Part shown: one piece after another, positions 24,431-38,100 of the stretch
Layout of the letters: each line of letters opens with the position of its first letter
Numbering within the stretch: the first letter of the stretch is position 1
Source of the DNA: Tubiluchus corallicola
Lineage: Eukaryota; Animalia; Priapulida
Length of the DNA: 64,000 bases
Direction: 5' to 3'
NCBI GenBank assembly: GCA_030141605.1
Contig: JAQGDQ010000101.1
Coordinates: forward strand, 566,624 to 630,623
Made by a program: the position numbers and the translations under genes
The notes under the pieces: generated by a model
Database searches by the model: none
The model's input: the letters and a program-made list of their open reading frames with translations, nothing else
Told to the model about the DNA's origin: nothing

Positions 24431-26832
24431 TTTTATTACGCTTAGTAACACCTATACAATTTTTAATTGCGATTATAGGAACGTTTTATTTGTTTTAGTA
24501 AATTTGACCTTATAAGCTTGGTGACTTCAAGGCCAGCCATAGTTAGGCATTTTATTTGAAATATGAAAATATTGTATTTTATTTGTTAGAAGCATATTTT
24601 CGTATCAAATTTTTATTACATATTTACCAACACTTTCATTTATATTTTTATTTTTATATACGAATGTTAATTTATATTTACTGCTTTTTATGGCAATACA
24701 CTTAAGCTTAAATTGAACCTAAACAAATTAAAAGCTACCAGCTGGATTATTATAATATCTCAAAGTTATATGGGATTATAGTGCAGGTCAAGATATCTTA
24801 AAAATGAAAAATTTGAAATTGAAATTTGAACTTCTGTATCAAGATTATTGGCAGAATGACAAGGCAAAACGGATAACCAGTAACAGATAATGACACTTGC
24901 TTGTTTATGACGCAAGTTGCAGTGCAAAACGAAATAAACCATGTTAATACATTTCACTATTTTAAGTTTTGCTGTATAAAGTAGCCGAATTACAGATTCA
25001 ACCTCCATTAACCTTTGATTTTGTAAAAAATATTTAGGCTACTGTAGAAAAATCACTCCTTTTCAATGAGATTTGTAAAGCTGTGTAATAATTTTCACCA
25101 TATTTCCATGCTGTACATGCAATGCAAATTTAACCATCTTTGTGGTACTACTTTCACAGTAAAATTTCAAATGGAAAACTACCATAATCTTGACGACTTT
25201 ACTGTAATATTAACAATGCAAAAGGCTGAGACATTACCATGAGATTATCAGTTTTATAAGATTTAAAGCGGCTATAGATGTCAAAAGACAATTTCCCTCG
25301 CGTTACTTCCCTTACTGTTTTATTAGCTAATCAATACACTAGAGCTTTTGCTTGATTAAGCACTTCTTTGCCATGGCAAGGAACGGAATCGATCGATACA
25401 TTATCGATTGTTCGCATAAATTTTTCATGTTGGCTATACACTGTACTCCCACGGATCGAATTTATTCTAGCTGGGGACCAGATGAGGTTGCTGTCAGTCG
25501 GCATGTGTGTAATTTCCAGCGTGGCTTCAGAGACGTAAATTACTCAATTAGCAACGTGTGGCAGCTTGTACTTAAGATCTTTAAGCTTTTAACTCATGTA
25601 TAATGGCGTTTGATGAATGTATTATATTTGCTGTCTTTCAGGTGTTGGGTAGGGTTCTAAGGGAATCATAAAAAGGATAGCCGAGACAACTTTTCCGAAA
25701 ATTGAAGATTTTCTTGCACACTAAATTTTTTGCGGGCTTTTACCAGCTGAGTAGTGACTGTATTCACAGCCTCTGTCAACAAAACCTGCAAATGCAGTTA
25801 AACAAAAAAGACAAGGACTTGAAATCTAACAGAATTAGTTACACAAGTGACAAGCTGATAATCATTATCGTATAAAATCACCAAACCAAGCTAGCAAGTG
25901 AAAACTATTAAAATTTCTGATGGTCCGTCAGCCTTACAGCCATGATTATAGGGCTCGGTTAAAACTAATCCATAAAAGGAGCCAAATCTCCCTTTCTGTC
26001 CCTTTCTTCCCCACTTTCTCTCCATCCCTCTTCCTCTCTCTCCCTTTCTCTGACCCTTATTTTTTGTCTTTCCCTTTTCCTTTTCCCTCTTTTTTTCTGC
26101 TCCAGCCTCTCTCTTTTTTCTCTTCCTCTTTCGTAACACCACAAAATCTAGCAAGGTCTAAGTTATGCGAAGTCAAAATTGGAGGTCGACCAATGAGGTC
26201 GATCTTAAACCCAATGGCTTTGCTAGGTTTCGTATAAGCCGTAGATCACCCGTATCTGTTTTCTTCAACTAGTAAACAAATTCAGTTGAGTTACGCGTGC
26301 ACAGCAGTAAAGGTCATTAGTTAATGTGTATTAGTTGTGTTTACCATCCATTATGAATTAGCTGGACACGAATATTTACGAGCTGCATCCAAAATACGGG
26401 TAGTTCAGTAGTTCACTAGGTTTTAGTTGATTTTCCGCCTAGTAAATGGCTTCTTTAAGTACACATGTTCACAGCATGTACAGTGCCCGCCCATGAACGT
26501 TCGAGAGAATTCAGGCTTGAATGCCAGTTGTTCTTATAGCTACAAATACTGTTACGAAAACATAAAGATTTATAATCACAAAGTTGCAATTCATTTTCAT
26601 TAAGTGAGTAACAAGTTATTGTTGTGAAAAACTTGAAAGCTTTCAAGTATCCGAATAAAAACAGTAAAAATGCATTGAAGTGAACAGCAAAACATATTAC
26701 ATATAGACTAACTGCTATTATCCATTGCTAATATCCACTGCTATTGTACATCTGAAGTGTACTCCTTTATCCAATACTGATTTCGAACGCATAAGAATTA
26801 ATCATAATTCATGGATCTGCGGTAACTGCTAA

Positions 26833-29800
26833 ATGAGCATCTTCCCCTTTAATCATATTAATGACGATAATGAATTTAAATTATGCACAAGATTTGCCAA
26901 TATTGGCTCCATTCTTGACAACAATTTTTCACAATCTACAAATTTTTTGACAGTGACTATCCTAATGATTTTGATGTAAATATAGACGCGGATCCTGATA
27001 TACAATTTTTCAACCATATTAGTACACTTGCTGGCTGTAAATGCTATGACGAAACCCAGTATAAGTCGCTAATAGCCAACCATAATTATCGTGATGACAA
27101 ATCACTTTCATTAATACATTTCAATATTCGCAGTTTAAAACGTAACTTTGATCATCTTAACGTATACTTGCAGTTGTTAAATTACCATTTCACAGTAATA
27201 GCATTAAGTGAAACGTGGCTGACCGACTCTGATCATGAATTCCATAAGCCTGGTGATAAGTTTTCAAGTATTAATAGGAGTTCTAGTCGTGGTGGTGGTG
27301 TGGCTTTGTTCATTAGTAATCATCTTCATTATTTCATTCGCAATGATCTAGCGGTTTGTGATGATGACTTAGAATGTATTTTTGTTGAAATTAACAAGGA
27401 ATCAGGAAAAAGTTTTATCGTTGGTTGTATCTATAGGCCACCGGGTAATTCACCCGCTGAAAATTGACAAATTTTCTAATATATTAAGCCGAATTGACAA
27501 ACACTCCAATAATAAAAAAGTACTCCTTTTAGGTGACTTTAATATTAATCTTTTAAATTATTCTGAACATAGTAATACCCAAACATTCTTGGATACAATG
27601 CTTGCTAACCACATTTTTCCAACGATCACAGGCCCTACACGAATAACTGAATTTACGGCCACTCTAATTGATAATATTCATACAAACAGTATTGACCATG
27701 CTTTCATTGCAGGTACTTTGCTAACTGACACTACAGATCGTCTTCCTGACTTCATATTAACTGATCTTAGCATTCCTGATGAATTTATGGACGTCTACAA
27801 CTCACATATTAAAACTAAGGTTAAAGGTTATGGTAAGAATAATATAAGAAAACCTTGGGTAACTACAGGCATATTACAATGTATCACTCGAAAAAATAAA
27901 ATGTATAAACAAATCGTAAAATGTGTAAATCCAACCGTTGTATCTAATTACAAGAAGTATTAAAATGAAATTAATAATTTAATTAAAGTAGCTAAAAGTA
28001 ATTATTATAAAAATAAACTAGAATTATATGAAAATAATTTAAAGAAAACGTGGAAAACTATGAAAGAGTTAATGCATTGCGATAATTCACTCAGTCTAAG
28101 TAAATTGAAAGTTGGTAATAATACTGGTACCAATGATACAGAAATTGCAGAAGAATTTAATTCTTACTTCAGTACCATCGGTCAGAATCTTGCTAATAAA
28201 ATTTCTACTGCAGATATCCAATACCACCAATTTTTACTCACTTCCAGAATTCATATTTTGACCCATTTCTTGTCATGACCTTATAAACATTGGTAAAAAA
28301 TTCAATCGTAACAAAAGTTCACCAAGGATAATACGAGATATAATACATGTAATCGCTGAACCTTTAAGTCATAATTTTAATGTCTCTTTGAGCTGTGGAG
28401 TACCGTAAGACGGGGTGAGTTCGCCACTTTTTAGGGGTATTTTTTACTTTTCCTGCCATGGCAAGAGGATTACCCAACCGATTTTCTTAGTTCAAGCTTT
28501 ATACTGCTCGAATGAAACACTATCGTGGGGTGAATTCACCACTAACAATTTAACACTGTTTAATGCCATTCTAGGCAGCTGAAGTTAACTGGTCGTGATT
28601 GGCTGGTTGCGGGTGAGTTCGCCACCCTATGAGAAAATTATGAAAAATGTCTAGTTTTAGTTTTCAAATATAAACTTCTACATTGGCAAGGAAGGCTTGA
28701 ACGTCTCGTGCACTGATCTTATCGCGGGCGCCCTTGATGTTGCCAGCCACTCTGAAAACCAGATTGTTCCTTCGGGCGAATGATTTGACAAAGTCTATTC
28801 CAGGGGTGTTTGCCTTGAATCGTCGTTCCTGGATTCCCTTCGCGTCAAGAACACTCTTAATCAGTAGTCGGAGATTGATGGCAATCATTGGGAACCCCCA
28901 TTCAGCGGCCACTTGGAGTGTTGGCGATTTCGTGCTCCTCGGCGGCGGAGAACACTGGCTGACCTCCGGTCTTCCGCGGATGACTTCCTGAGAGTTTGCC
29001 AGAAAGTGTCTTTCTTGGAACTCCGAATTGCTTCGCCGCTGCGCTGATAGTCCTGTTGGTATTCTTGACGGCAGGTAGGGCAGCTTCCAGAGCTTTTGAG
29101 GTATAATTTTGGTATCTATGACCCGGTACAGGGGTGCAGGTGCGTGGCATGTTAAGTAGCAAGAAATAGTAGACAAATAATATGTAGGGCAGAATGGAAT
29201 ACTTCTAGTGCGAATTGAAAGAAGATAACTGTCGCAAACTGCTTATAATGACGGTGATCATGATGTCTGTTCATTAAACACTGAACAATAGTTACAGCAA
29301 ACCTACAATGACCATTACGTAAGGGGTGGCGAACTCACCCTCGGGTGGCGAACTCACCCCGTTTTACGGTATTCCCTAACGTACTGAAACAATCATTAGT
29401 CGTACGTATCTTCAAAAGTGGTGACACTACTTCTGTAAGAAACTATAGGCCTGTATCCTTGACACCCATTTTCTCAAAGCTGTTAGAAAAATGTGTATGC
29501 AGTCAGACTGATAATTATTTAAACAAAATGGATATCCTAAGCAAGAATCAGTTCGGATTCCGTAAGTGCAGTTCTACGGAATTGGCTCTAATTGGTGTTT
29601 GTAATAGACTGATCAATGCCATAGATAAAAATTCTGTCACAGCAGGCGTCTTTTGTGATCTTTCGAAAGCATTCGACATGGTGGACTATGTAATTTTGCT
29701 ACATAAATTATCGTTTTACGGGGATAGAGGTATTGCAAATAATTGGTTTTGTAGCTATCTAGAAATTGTATACAGCGTGTGAGATGCAACAATGTGATAT

Positions 29801-31138
29801 CAACGACACGTGGTGTAAACATTGGAGTACCGCAAGGCTCGATCCTCGGACCTCAACTTTTCTTAATCTATATTAACGATCTGTGTAAAATAAATAACTC
29901 ATTACAGTTAACTCAATTTGCAGACGATGCCAAGATCTTCTTCAACCTCAGTGACTTTTCAATTGACATAATAAACCAGCAATTAGATACTGTTACAAAT
30001 TGGTTTAAAGCAAATAAATTCTCTTTGAATCCTGCAAAAACCAAGTGTATTATGTTTCATGCCAGAAATAAAACTACCCCCCGAATATTATAATATTTTT
30101 ATTGATGATACAACTATATAAATAGTTATCAAATCAAGTTTTTGGGCATTATTCTCCACGAAAATCTTGTTTGGAATTTTCATATAAATATGATCAGACT
30201 TAAAATAGTTAAAAATATAGGTATAATAACATACATTCAAAACTCCCTAACTCGATTTCACTTAATAACTTAATATAACACATTAATCTTACCATATCTT
30301 TCCTATATAAATATACTTTGGGGTAGTACTTACAAGACGAACTTAAATCCACTTCACAGCTTGCAACGTAAATTTATGCGCACCCTGTACAGACTCTCCA
30401 AATTCAGTTCTGTTACTAAATCATGCTGTAGTGAGTGTAGAATATTAATAATTGATGATATGATTTCCTATAACACTACCATTTTTGTTTATAGTATTAA
30501 CAATGATCTGTTCCCTACATACTTCAAGAATCCTGTAATTAAGAATGTCAAATCACATAATACTCGCTATAATGATTACCAACTCAGCTACTGCAGAACC
30601 AATATTGCAAAACATTTCATTAGCTGTAGCGGACCTAAACAATGGAACTCGCTCCCAACCAATGTAAAGTGCCAGTGTAACATTTACCGCTTTAAAACGT
30701 CAGTTAAACGACATTTGTTTGCTTCTTATATAAATTAGCCTTGGTAACTACCTATTGTTCCTGTGTGACACAACAGTCATAACCTTGTGTTCTTTTTGAC
30801 TTCAGAGTGCTTCGTCGTTTCATGAGCTGAATCTTCACAAGCCACTCTTTCTATCCTTTTGAACATTCTTTTATCCATCACTTCTATCCTTGCTTTGCAC
30901 AACTTTTTTTAAATTGCCTAAAACCCTCGTTTTTTATTCTTTTTTCAATTATTATTTGGACGTGTTTACAATGGTGCAAGCACCTAACAAGTTTTGCTTC
31001 TTGTTCTTGCCATTTATTATATGCATGCTGTCATATCAAAATTAAATCATTGTTATTACTTTCTATTTTTCTCAGTGTTTCTAGATATTGTATTTGCATT
31101 TCCAAATAGATTTATTATTATTATTATTAGTATTATTG
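26833..31138 (+). mobile_element. Decayed non-LTR retrotransposon (CR1/L2 group, Crack/Daphne-like), APE endonuclease and RT, antisense in channel intron 1
   Basis: EN motifs HFNIRSL, IALSETWL, GGGVA, IYRPP, LGDFN, PTRIT..TATLIDNI; RT motifs NYRPVSL, DLSKAFD, GVPQGSILGP, YINDL, FADD; several frameshifts and stops; ends in a (TTA)n tail at ~31110-31138. Confidence 0.92.
28403..29369 (-). mobile_element. Internally deleted pogo-like (Tc1/mariner superfamily) DNA transposon nested in the LINE
   Basis: 25-bp TIRs CCGTAARACGGGGTGAGTTCGCCAC, TA duplication (28401-2, 29370-1); minus-strand remnant with pipsqueak-like HTH (SAAAKQFGVPRKTL) and CENP-B-like HTH (WGFP...PGIDFVKSFARR); no DDE domain. Confidence 0.9.
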
Positions 31139-32580
31139 TTACTAGAAATCTTTTATTTTGGTAATGGACTACATACGTATACAACTCGAACACAAAAGGA
31201 CGCGGAGAGAATCTACAGATGTTTAAGATCCTGATAAGTGGTCTTAGTCACACACTACCGATACAATTTACGTGAGATTGTACAGTCACATTAGCTTAAT
31301 GTGTAACTTACTTGCCCTTATACATACAAATAACAACTTATAAAAGATAAAAATGATTTTTGCATATTTAAAGTTTTACCTAAAGTAATAGTTCAGCAGG
31401 AAAACAGGGGTAGAAGTGATGAATAAAAGAAGGTTCAAGAAGGAAGGAAGGATGGCTTGTAAAGATTATTGGGATAATTCGTTAGTAGGTCAGTCGAGTT
31501 TGAAGATTCATAAAAAATCGAAGATAAGGCTAGCAAAGAAACTTGGCGAGTATAACAGTCGTTGGAAAGATGGAGCTACCCGAGTTCTCATTATTTCTCT
31601 AAGCGTAAGCTAATCAGACGTATCCCTGCCTCTCGAAAGAGTTTGCAATCAAAAGCAAGTTTTGTTTTTACAACCAGTACATGTTCGGCGAATTGGCAAT
31701 AAGTAAGCTTTGTTTGTTATAACGTGACCTTATTACTTAATACATATTAGTCAGTTGAATATGTAAAGTAAACAAACGTTTCTACAGATCGTAAAAGAAA
31801 TAAACAACAGTCTGTTATCACAAAGTTGTTAGGAAGCCTGCATTCATTCTTATTGCCAATCTGGCAAGATAATTAAACGAAATGAAAGCTTAAAATCGCA
31901 AGGGGGAACACTGCGCTTTTCGGTAGTCTATATAGTGTTGTAGTTACAAAATGCTCATATTACGTAAACGAGAATATTCAGAGAATATTTTTTCCAACTG
32001 TTATTGTTTTGAATGTAACAACGACATCGGTATGTGCAGACTGTATTGTTTCTAAACCCAAAACAAGCACAGTTCCCAAATGGCAAAGAGATTTTCCATC
32101 TTAAACTGTTCTGCATGCCGATTTAATTAGCGACGATTTGTTTGGATGGTTTCGACTCTATATCTAGTAATATTAATTTTTCATTTCCATTGGTCTCTGT
32201 TTATTGAAAGTTGCGTACCTACTGGAATTTGGTGTATGGTTAACTATTATTCAGTACATTGGGGTGCGTTTCTATGAAGGTTAATTAATAACAGTTTTTG
32301 AAAACATTTTGTAGACATGGACGTGATTTTGAATTTTAGGCAAAATGTCAACAGTTGTATTAGTTTGGAAAGCAGTATGTCCATTACATGATTCCTACGG
32401 TATACAGGTAAGCTTCAGTACTGGAAAATTTTTTATGAATATAACCTTGAGGTAAAGCATATAATGTTAATGTGAATGCACGAATTCACATTAATTAAAT
32501 TTTGATACCAAGCATTAACTGGAGAATATGGTAGCCTAGTGATCTACGGCGTAATTTAGGCTCTCTCTCTCTCTCTCTCT

Positions 32581-32626
<46 letters not shown>

Positions 32627-32790
32627 TGATCGGTATCGGATTTCTTCGGTTCGGCAAATAAGGTAGTAACCGATTTATGATCCTTTTCGATTTAGTAAGA
32701 AAAGTCTTTCTAAACAACCAGAACTAGTCGAACTACAAAATGCCTTTAACAAATTACTTTTAAACTTCTATAATTATGTAGTTTAAGTAC

Positions 32791-33005
32791 CTGGGTGACG
32801 TAGTTGTTTTTGGCTCGCTTGTGGTACCATAGTAGTTAGCGTATTCTTCCGCGGACACCGACTCGGTGAAATTCTCCTCTATGACATCACTGAAGAGCCA
32901 ATCATCTAAAGTTCGTAAAATCATTGTCTCGTTAAAACACCTCACTGTTTTTACGAGGAATATCACACAAACAGCGGTTTTCCAAAGACGGCAAGAAAAC
33001 GCCAT
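32791..33005 (-). CDS. Cys-loop channel exon 1: signal peptide and acidic/Thr-rich N-terminal extension
   Basis: ATG 33005, signal-like MAFSCRLWKTAVCVIFLVKTVRC, donor AG|GTACT phase 2 matching exon 2; joined CDS is 1530 nt without stops; further small exons in the 9.8-kb intron cannot be excluded. Confidence 0.75.
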
Positions 33006-33705
33006 TTGATAACGTTTTCTCTCCTAAATCCGATCACACTTTGCTGCCTTCAGTCCCACAGTCTGCTGTCGCGTCGCTACAATCTCCTTAAGAAGCTCAG
33101 ATTGAATGTTGTTCCGCCTTAAGGAGCCTAGATTGAATGTTGTTGATAATCTGGCGCGTGATCGTTAATGCTAATTCCAGCAGAAGCACATTCAGTTAGT
33201 CTTCCGTGTATAGCACTCGTCGCATCGGCCGCCTGGTCGTTTCCATCATCGCAATGGCTTCATTGCGAATGGCCGCGTCGTCAATAATCTGGGGCTGAAG
33301 CCATTTACGATCGTCAGGGATTTTGTGAATGAACGAGTGAGAGAGATTTTGTTATTTGGTTTGGAGATATTTGTTATTTATTTATGTATTCTGCCAATTA
33401 GGACCGTTTAAAATTTTTTACAAATACGCAATAGATAGAGTTAAATGTAATACGATAAAAATGTTAGTTACTTACATAAGGTGTAGCACGCAATGCACTT
33501 TCCGAATATGACATATTTCCGTATTGTTAATCACAACAAATTACGCAACATTTCATCTATACCTAATATACAGAACAAGGTATTTCAAACTGAGCATGTG
33601 CTTTCTTAATATCACTTTAAATTGTGTAGTATTATTATAGCATAATTATGGAATTATTATTTTTTGAGTGGAAATAACAATGTAAAAATGACTAGCGTAA
33701 AAATC

Positions 33706-33804
<99 letters not shown>
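33706..33804. repeat. (TAG)33 microsatellite
   Basis: Perfect run. Confidence 0.97.
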
Positions 33805-35432
33805 CAGCAGCAGTAATAGCAGCGGCAGCAGTAGCAGTAGTAACAGTAGTAGTGGAAGCTTGTTGACCTATTGTCGAATTTACATTATGGTTACAAGTAT
33901 ACGAAAGGTAAAAAACGAAAGAGTAAGCTCATGGTCCAGGTGAGGTCGGTACGTTAACACTCATTAATTCATTTACCAGACGACAAGAGAGATTCCGAGG
34001 GCATTTCTGAAAAAAATTGAGTTTTCCTAAGACGAAGAAATATTTTTGGGACAATACCGGAGTCATTGGGTCAGCCAAGTAGCTAGTGTTTTATAGTAAT
34101 TTTTGCATGCTATGCTGTTCTGAATCTGATGGTACTGTCGAAGGATGCCAATGATGTATTTGTTTTTTTGATATATTTATTACTGTGCTTGCAGCTTATT
34201 TTGTAACAAACGAAGTTAAAAGCTTCAACATCAACTAAAACAAACTTCGGATTCTCTCAGCAGATATTTAGACACATAACTACACAGGAACTACCTGAAG
34301 GTTTGCTTCGACGCAAAGACATCGGCAATATCCGAATGATTGTTTGTGACAAGCTCGGCATATTTCTTTGGCATACACGCATTCACCTAAACACTTTCAG
34401 TAACTAAACGCGAAAAGAAGAATTACGGGTAGGTTTCACTTTTCGGTTGACAGAAATTGATTTGAATTTGGATCAAAGTACAGGCTTGGTAACTTTCAGT
34501 GGTAACCATATTAGTTTAAACATATTTATTTCATAACCTTTAGACACTACATTAATGCTGATACAAAGAGTCCCATGTGGATGATTCAAAGAGATACATG
34601 TGAAATTGTAAAGTTTCAAAACTGTATTGTGAACATCTATGTTGTGGGATTTCTGACCTTTGACCTTTCATCTTTGCGCTGCAGGACCTGTAACGTTAAT
34701 TTTGTTTTTTCATCATTACGTTGGTGACGGGTTAGGAGATGTCATTAACGTCAGCAATTTTCTAGTTCACCTTCAGACGAACCAATTTACAGGCGGACAA
34801 CCGACGTCATGCCTTTTAATTGCATGTCTTTTTGTGAATTTATGACCTAGCTGCCGAAACAAAGAAACAATATATTCTGAATATTTCAATTTTATCACAC
34901 CAGAAGTGGTACATCTTTGCTGTATAACATATGAAAGCTAGTTTGATTCAATTAGATCCATTAATTATTTTATTCGTCATTGTCATTTGTCCCACGTGTC
35001 TTGTATAAACAGTTTCTAAACGGGCTTTCTATTCATTGCAGTCTACTGTTACAGTATAGTGCATATAAGTGAGTCTTTTGAGTCGAGAAGCCTGTGGACA
35101 CACAGAGAAGAAAATTCAATATCCAGCCAGTTCGTGGAAAGAATTTGTGACAAACCGAGAAATCAATTTTTAATTTGACAAACCCGGCGAAACTCATTTA
35201 GAAACAAACTACAGAGGAAGCTGAAAGGACAAGTAACTTGGGCGGATGCAACACAGAATAGCTACAGCAACTGCATATAGTATTGAAATCTTTTATTTTC
35301 CTTTAAAATCTCAGGGCTTATAACAATATACATGACTAAAAACATCAGCCAGTAACAAGTAAAGTACTTAGTGTTAAAGGCAAACGCGTGAGGTGCATCA
35401 CAAAGCTACACAGTCATATATATATATATATA

Positions 35433-35744
35433 AGACTATCATTTTACTATGTGATTCCCCGTGTTTGTTAATGAAAGTTTGAAAAAAGTATATATATATA
35501 TCCTTAGATTTCCAAAAATATCTTTATGTTATATATATATATATATAATATAGGTGTATCACTAAGCTACACAGTCATATATATATATATATATGACTGT
35601 GTAGCTTAGTGATACACCTATATTATATATATATATATATATATATAACATAAAGATATTTTTGGAAATCTAAGGATATATATATATACTTTTTTCAAAC
35701 TTTCATTAACAAACACGGGGAATCACATAGTAAAATGATAGTCT
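35433..35744. repeat. 312-bp near-perfect palindrome centred on a (TA)n run
   Basis: AGACTATCATTTTACTATGTGATTCCCCGTG...AAGCTACACAGTCA (TA)n TGACTGTGTAGCTT...CACGGGGAATCACATAGTAAAATGATAGTCT; arms differ only in internal TA-run length. Confidence 0.95.
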
Positions 35745-36133
35745 CGCACAAGTACCCACAAAAAATTGTGGTTCATATATCGTGTAGTAGTAGCTGCAAC
35801 AGTGATAGTCGTTGATTTCTCAGCCCTCGAACGTAATGGCGTTCAACAAAGAGGACTTTCCACTTGTTATTTTCAGAACGGTTCGTATATCTTAAGAGCA
35901 AAATTGGCCAGCGCGCTTTTCTGTTTCGTTAATTATTGTTTATTTTAACAATACGTCTTCAGCTTCAAATCTGCAATTAACCCCAATATTCATCACGCCC
36001 CTGGAGATGGCAGTACAGTTGCGTCTCACGTTCAATATGCTATGCTAGTCGTAGATGCCATTAAGAAAAATGCTAATGCATTAATGTAACTGAAGATAAA
36101 GAAGTTGCTGATACAGACAGTTTCAAATTAACA

Positions 36134-36197
<64 letters not shown>

Positions 36198-37159
36198 GGA
36201 CAGGCACATAAGTATATGTTGTTATCAGCAAGTTTCTAAAGTTCGGAAAAATGATTTTTTAAATCCAATTTACTAGAGTCGTTCCTATTGGTGTTTGAAA
36301 AAGCGTTTGACAGAAAAAACATTTTAACAGGAAAATCGCGGTTGGGCTTTTATTTGCAAGATCTGCTATTTTAGTCCGATAAAGCCTTCGTTTTTTCTGT
36401 ATGCCTCTCCCTTCCTTCCCTACTTACACCTTCTCATCCTTTCCTTCTCTTCCTCTCGCCTTCTCTCCCTCCCTATCTGTTTCCCGGCTCTATCTCTGTT
36501 TTCTCTCCCCCCTCTCTCCCCCTCTCACCACCCCTCAGAATCATTGAAAATGATATACAGTACAGCAATGTATATAGTACAGCAGATAGTCAGAATGTAC
36601 CGCACTTTTAGCGCGCTTAACTCATGTTGATATTTTTCATGCGCTTTGATACTTATTTTAGTGTTAAATTAGAATCAATTTGCATTGTGTCATTTGCCAT
36701 ATAATTACCTCAAATTTAAAGGATTTGAAATAAAGTTTAATAAACAATCTAGAAAATGAAAAATCCGAGCCTTATGATGTCTAAATTTGCACAATAAATT
36801 ATGCTTTTTCACAAGGTTTTTACAGGTTCTTTTATAACACGACCGCATACTCATTCTTAAATAAGCTTCTGAGATGGAATTTTGAACAGGCAGATCTGTG
36901 TCCAAAGTGAGATTCCTAAGCAGTCACCCAACTAATCAGTTGCCAGGCTCGATATTGCTTCCCTTCGGTAGTCATTTACACGTCGTGATAACTCACTATT
37001 GCGTATATACGAAGATCAACATGATTCACTATATAATCGTTCTGGCGTTACAAATCTAGTTTTTTGCTTTAACAAGCTGACTACATTTTTATCGTATAAT
37101 CGGCATTAATCAATACACGTAGTTAACATTCTTTTTTTTCTCATAGTCTAACATTACAT

Positions 37160-37350
37160 TTTCTGTGTATTTTATTTTCTGAGAAGTGACGATTATAAGA
37201 AAAAAACTGCTGGGAAATGGCTATTCTGAAAAAAATATCTGTGATTTTTTTTCTGGTAAAAAGGTCCCTGTAAAGCTTTTTGTCGGAGAAAAATTCCTCT
37301 CGCAAAAATCTTTTCTGGGAAAAAGGTTTTCTCGGAAACGAGCCTACCCC
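37160..37350. repeat. Degenerate ~15-bp period array, probably the end of a non-autonomous element
   Basis: Recurring TTTTCTG/GGAAAAA-type units ending at GCCTACCCC. Confidence 0.4.
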
Positions 37351-37559
37351 TATTGTATAGAAAAATAAATGCAAGTTTTACAAAAAGAATTATTTTAAAA
37401 TTCAAATCAAATGTACCCACAATCAAAGTTACAACTGCCATTCTTAAAAGCTCAGCAAGAATAATGCAGGATCAGGTATCAGGAGACAAAAATGCCGACA
37501 ACAATAATAATTAGTCAAAACAGTAAACTAGTTATTAATTAAGTAATGTTTTTTAAAAT

Positions 37560-38100
37560 TTCAGAAAAGCGAATTCTGAAGCCTATTATGCCTATACTGG
37601 GCATATTTTAGAGCGCTTAAGCGTTACAATTAAGGAGATAAAGGAATTCTGGGCTTTAGCTTGAATTTGAATTAATTTAGAGGAACTGATCTTGCTGTAT
37701 TCATCTATATTGTGCCTATTGATCCATTAAAGTGGCTTATGATACAGATATCTGGGATGGAATTCCGAAGGTAGGGGTTTGCAGGAAAAAAAGTGAATTT
37801 TATAAGCAGTTGTAGGGTATCTGGGAATGTCTGGGTAAAAATATGAAAAACAGGACTAAATTGTCAGTGTTTAAGAACTACTGGCATGTGATCTTGAGAG
37901 CATCTTTCATTGATGTTAGGGCGGTAACATTCGACGGGTAAGAAATTGCAAAGTTGACGTCTAACCAAATGTCTCCGGAATGACAGTGTCATACTAAAGA
38001 ATTCATCTTCTTAGCTTCTAAGATAAACACTTTTATAATTATTTTAGCATTATATTATACACTTACAGTGTTATACGGAGAATGTTTAAGGAATAGTTCT
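37560..38100 (-). mobile_element. Heavily decayed LINE 3' fragment
   Basis: Minus-strand translation has patches resembling the post-RT LINE C-terminus; many stops. Confidence 0.3.

Noticed and set aside
25891-26237. Lys/Glu-rich and Phe/Ser-rich ORFs
   Set aside because: Arise from a CT-rich low-complexity tract.
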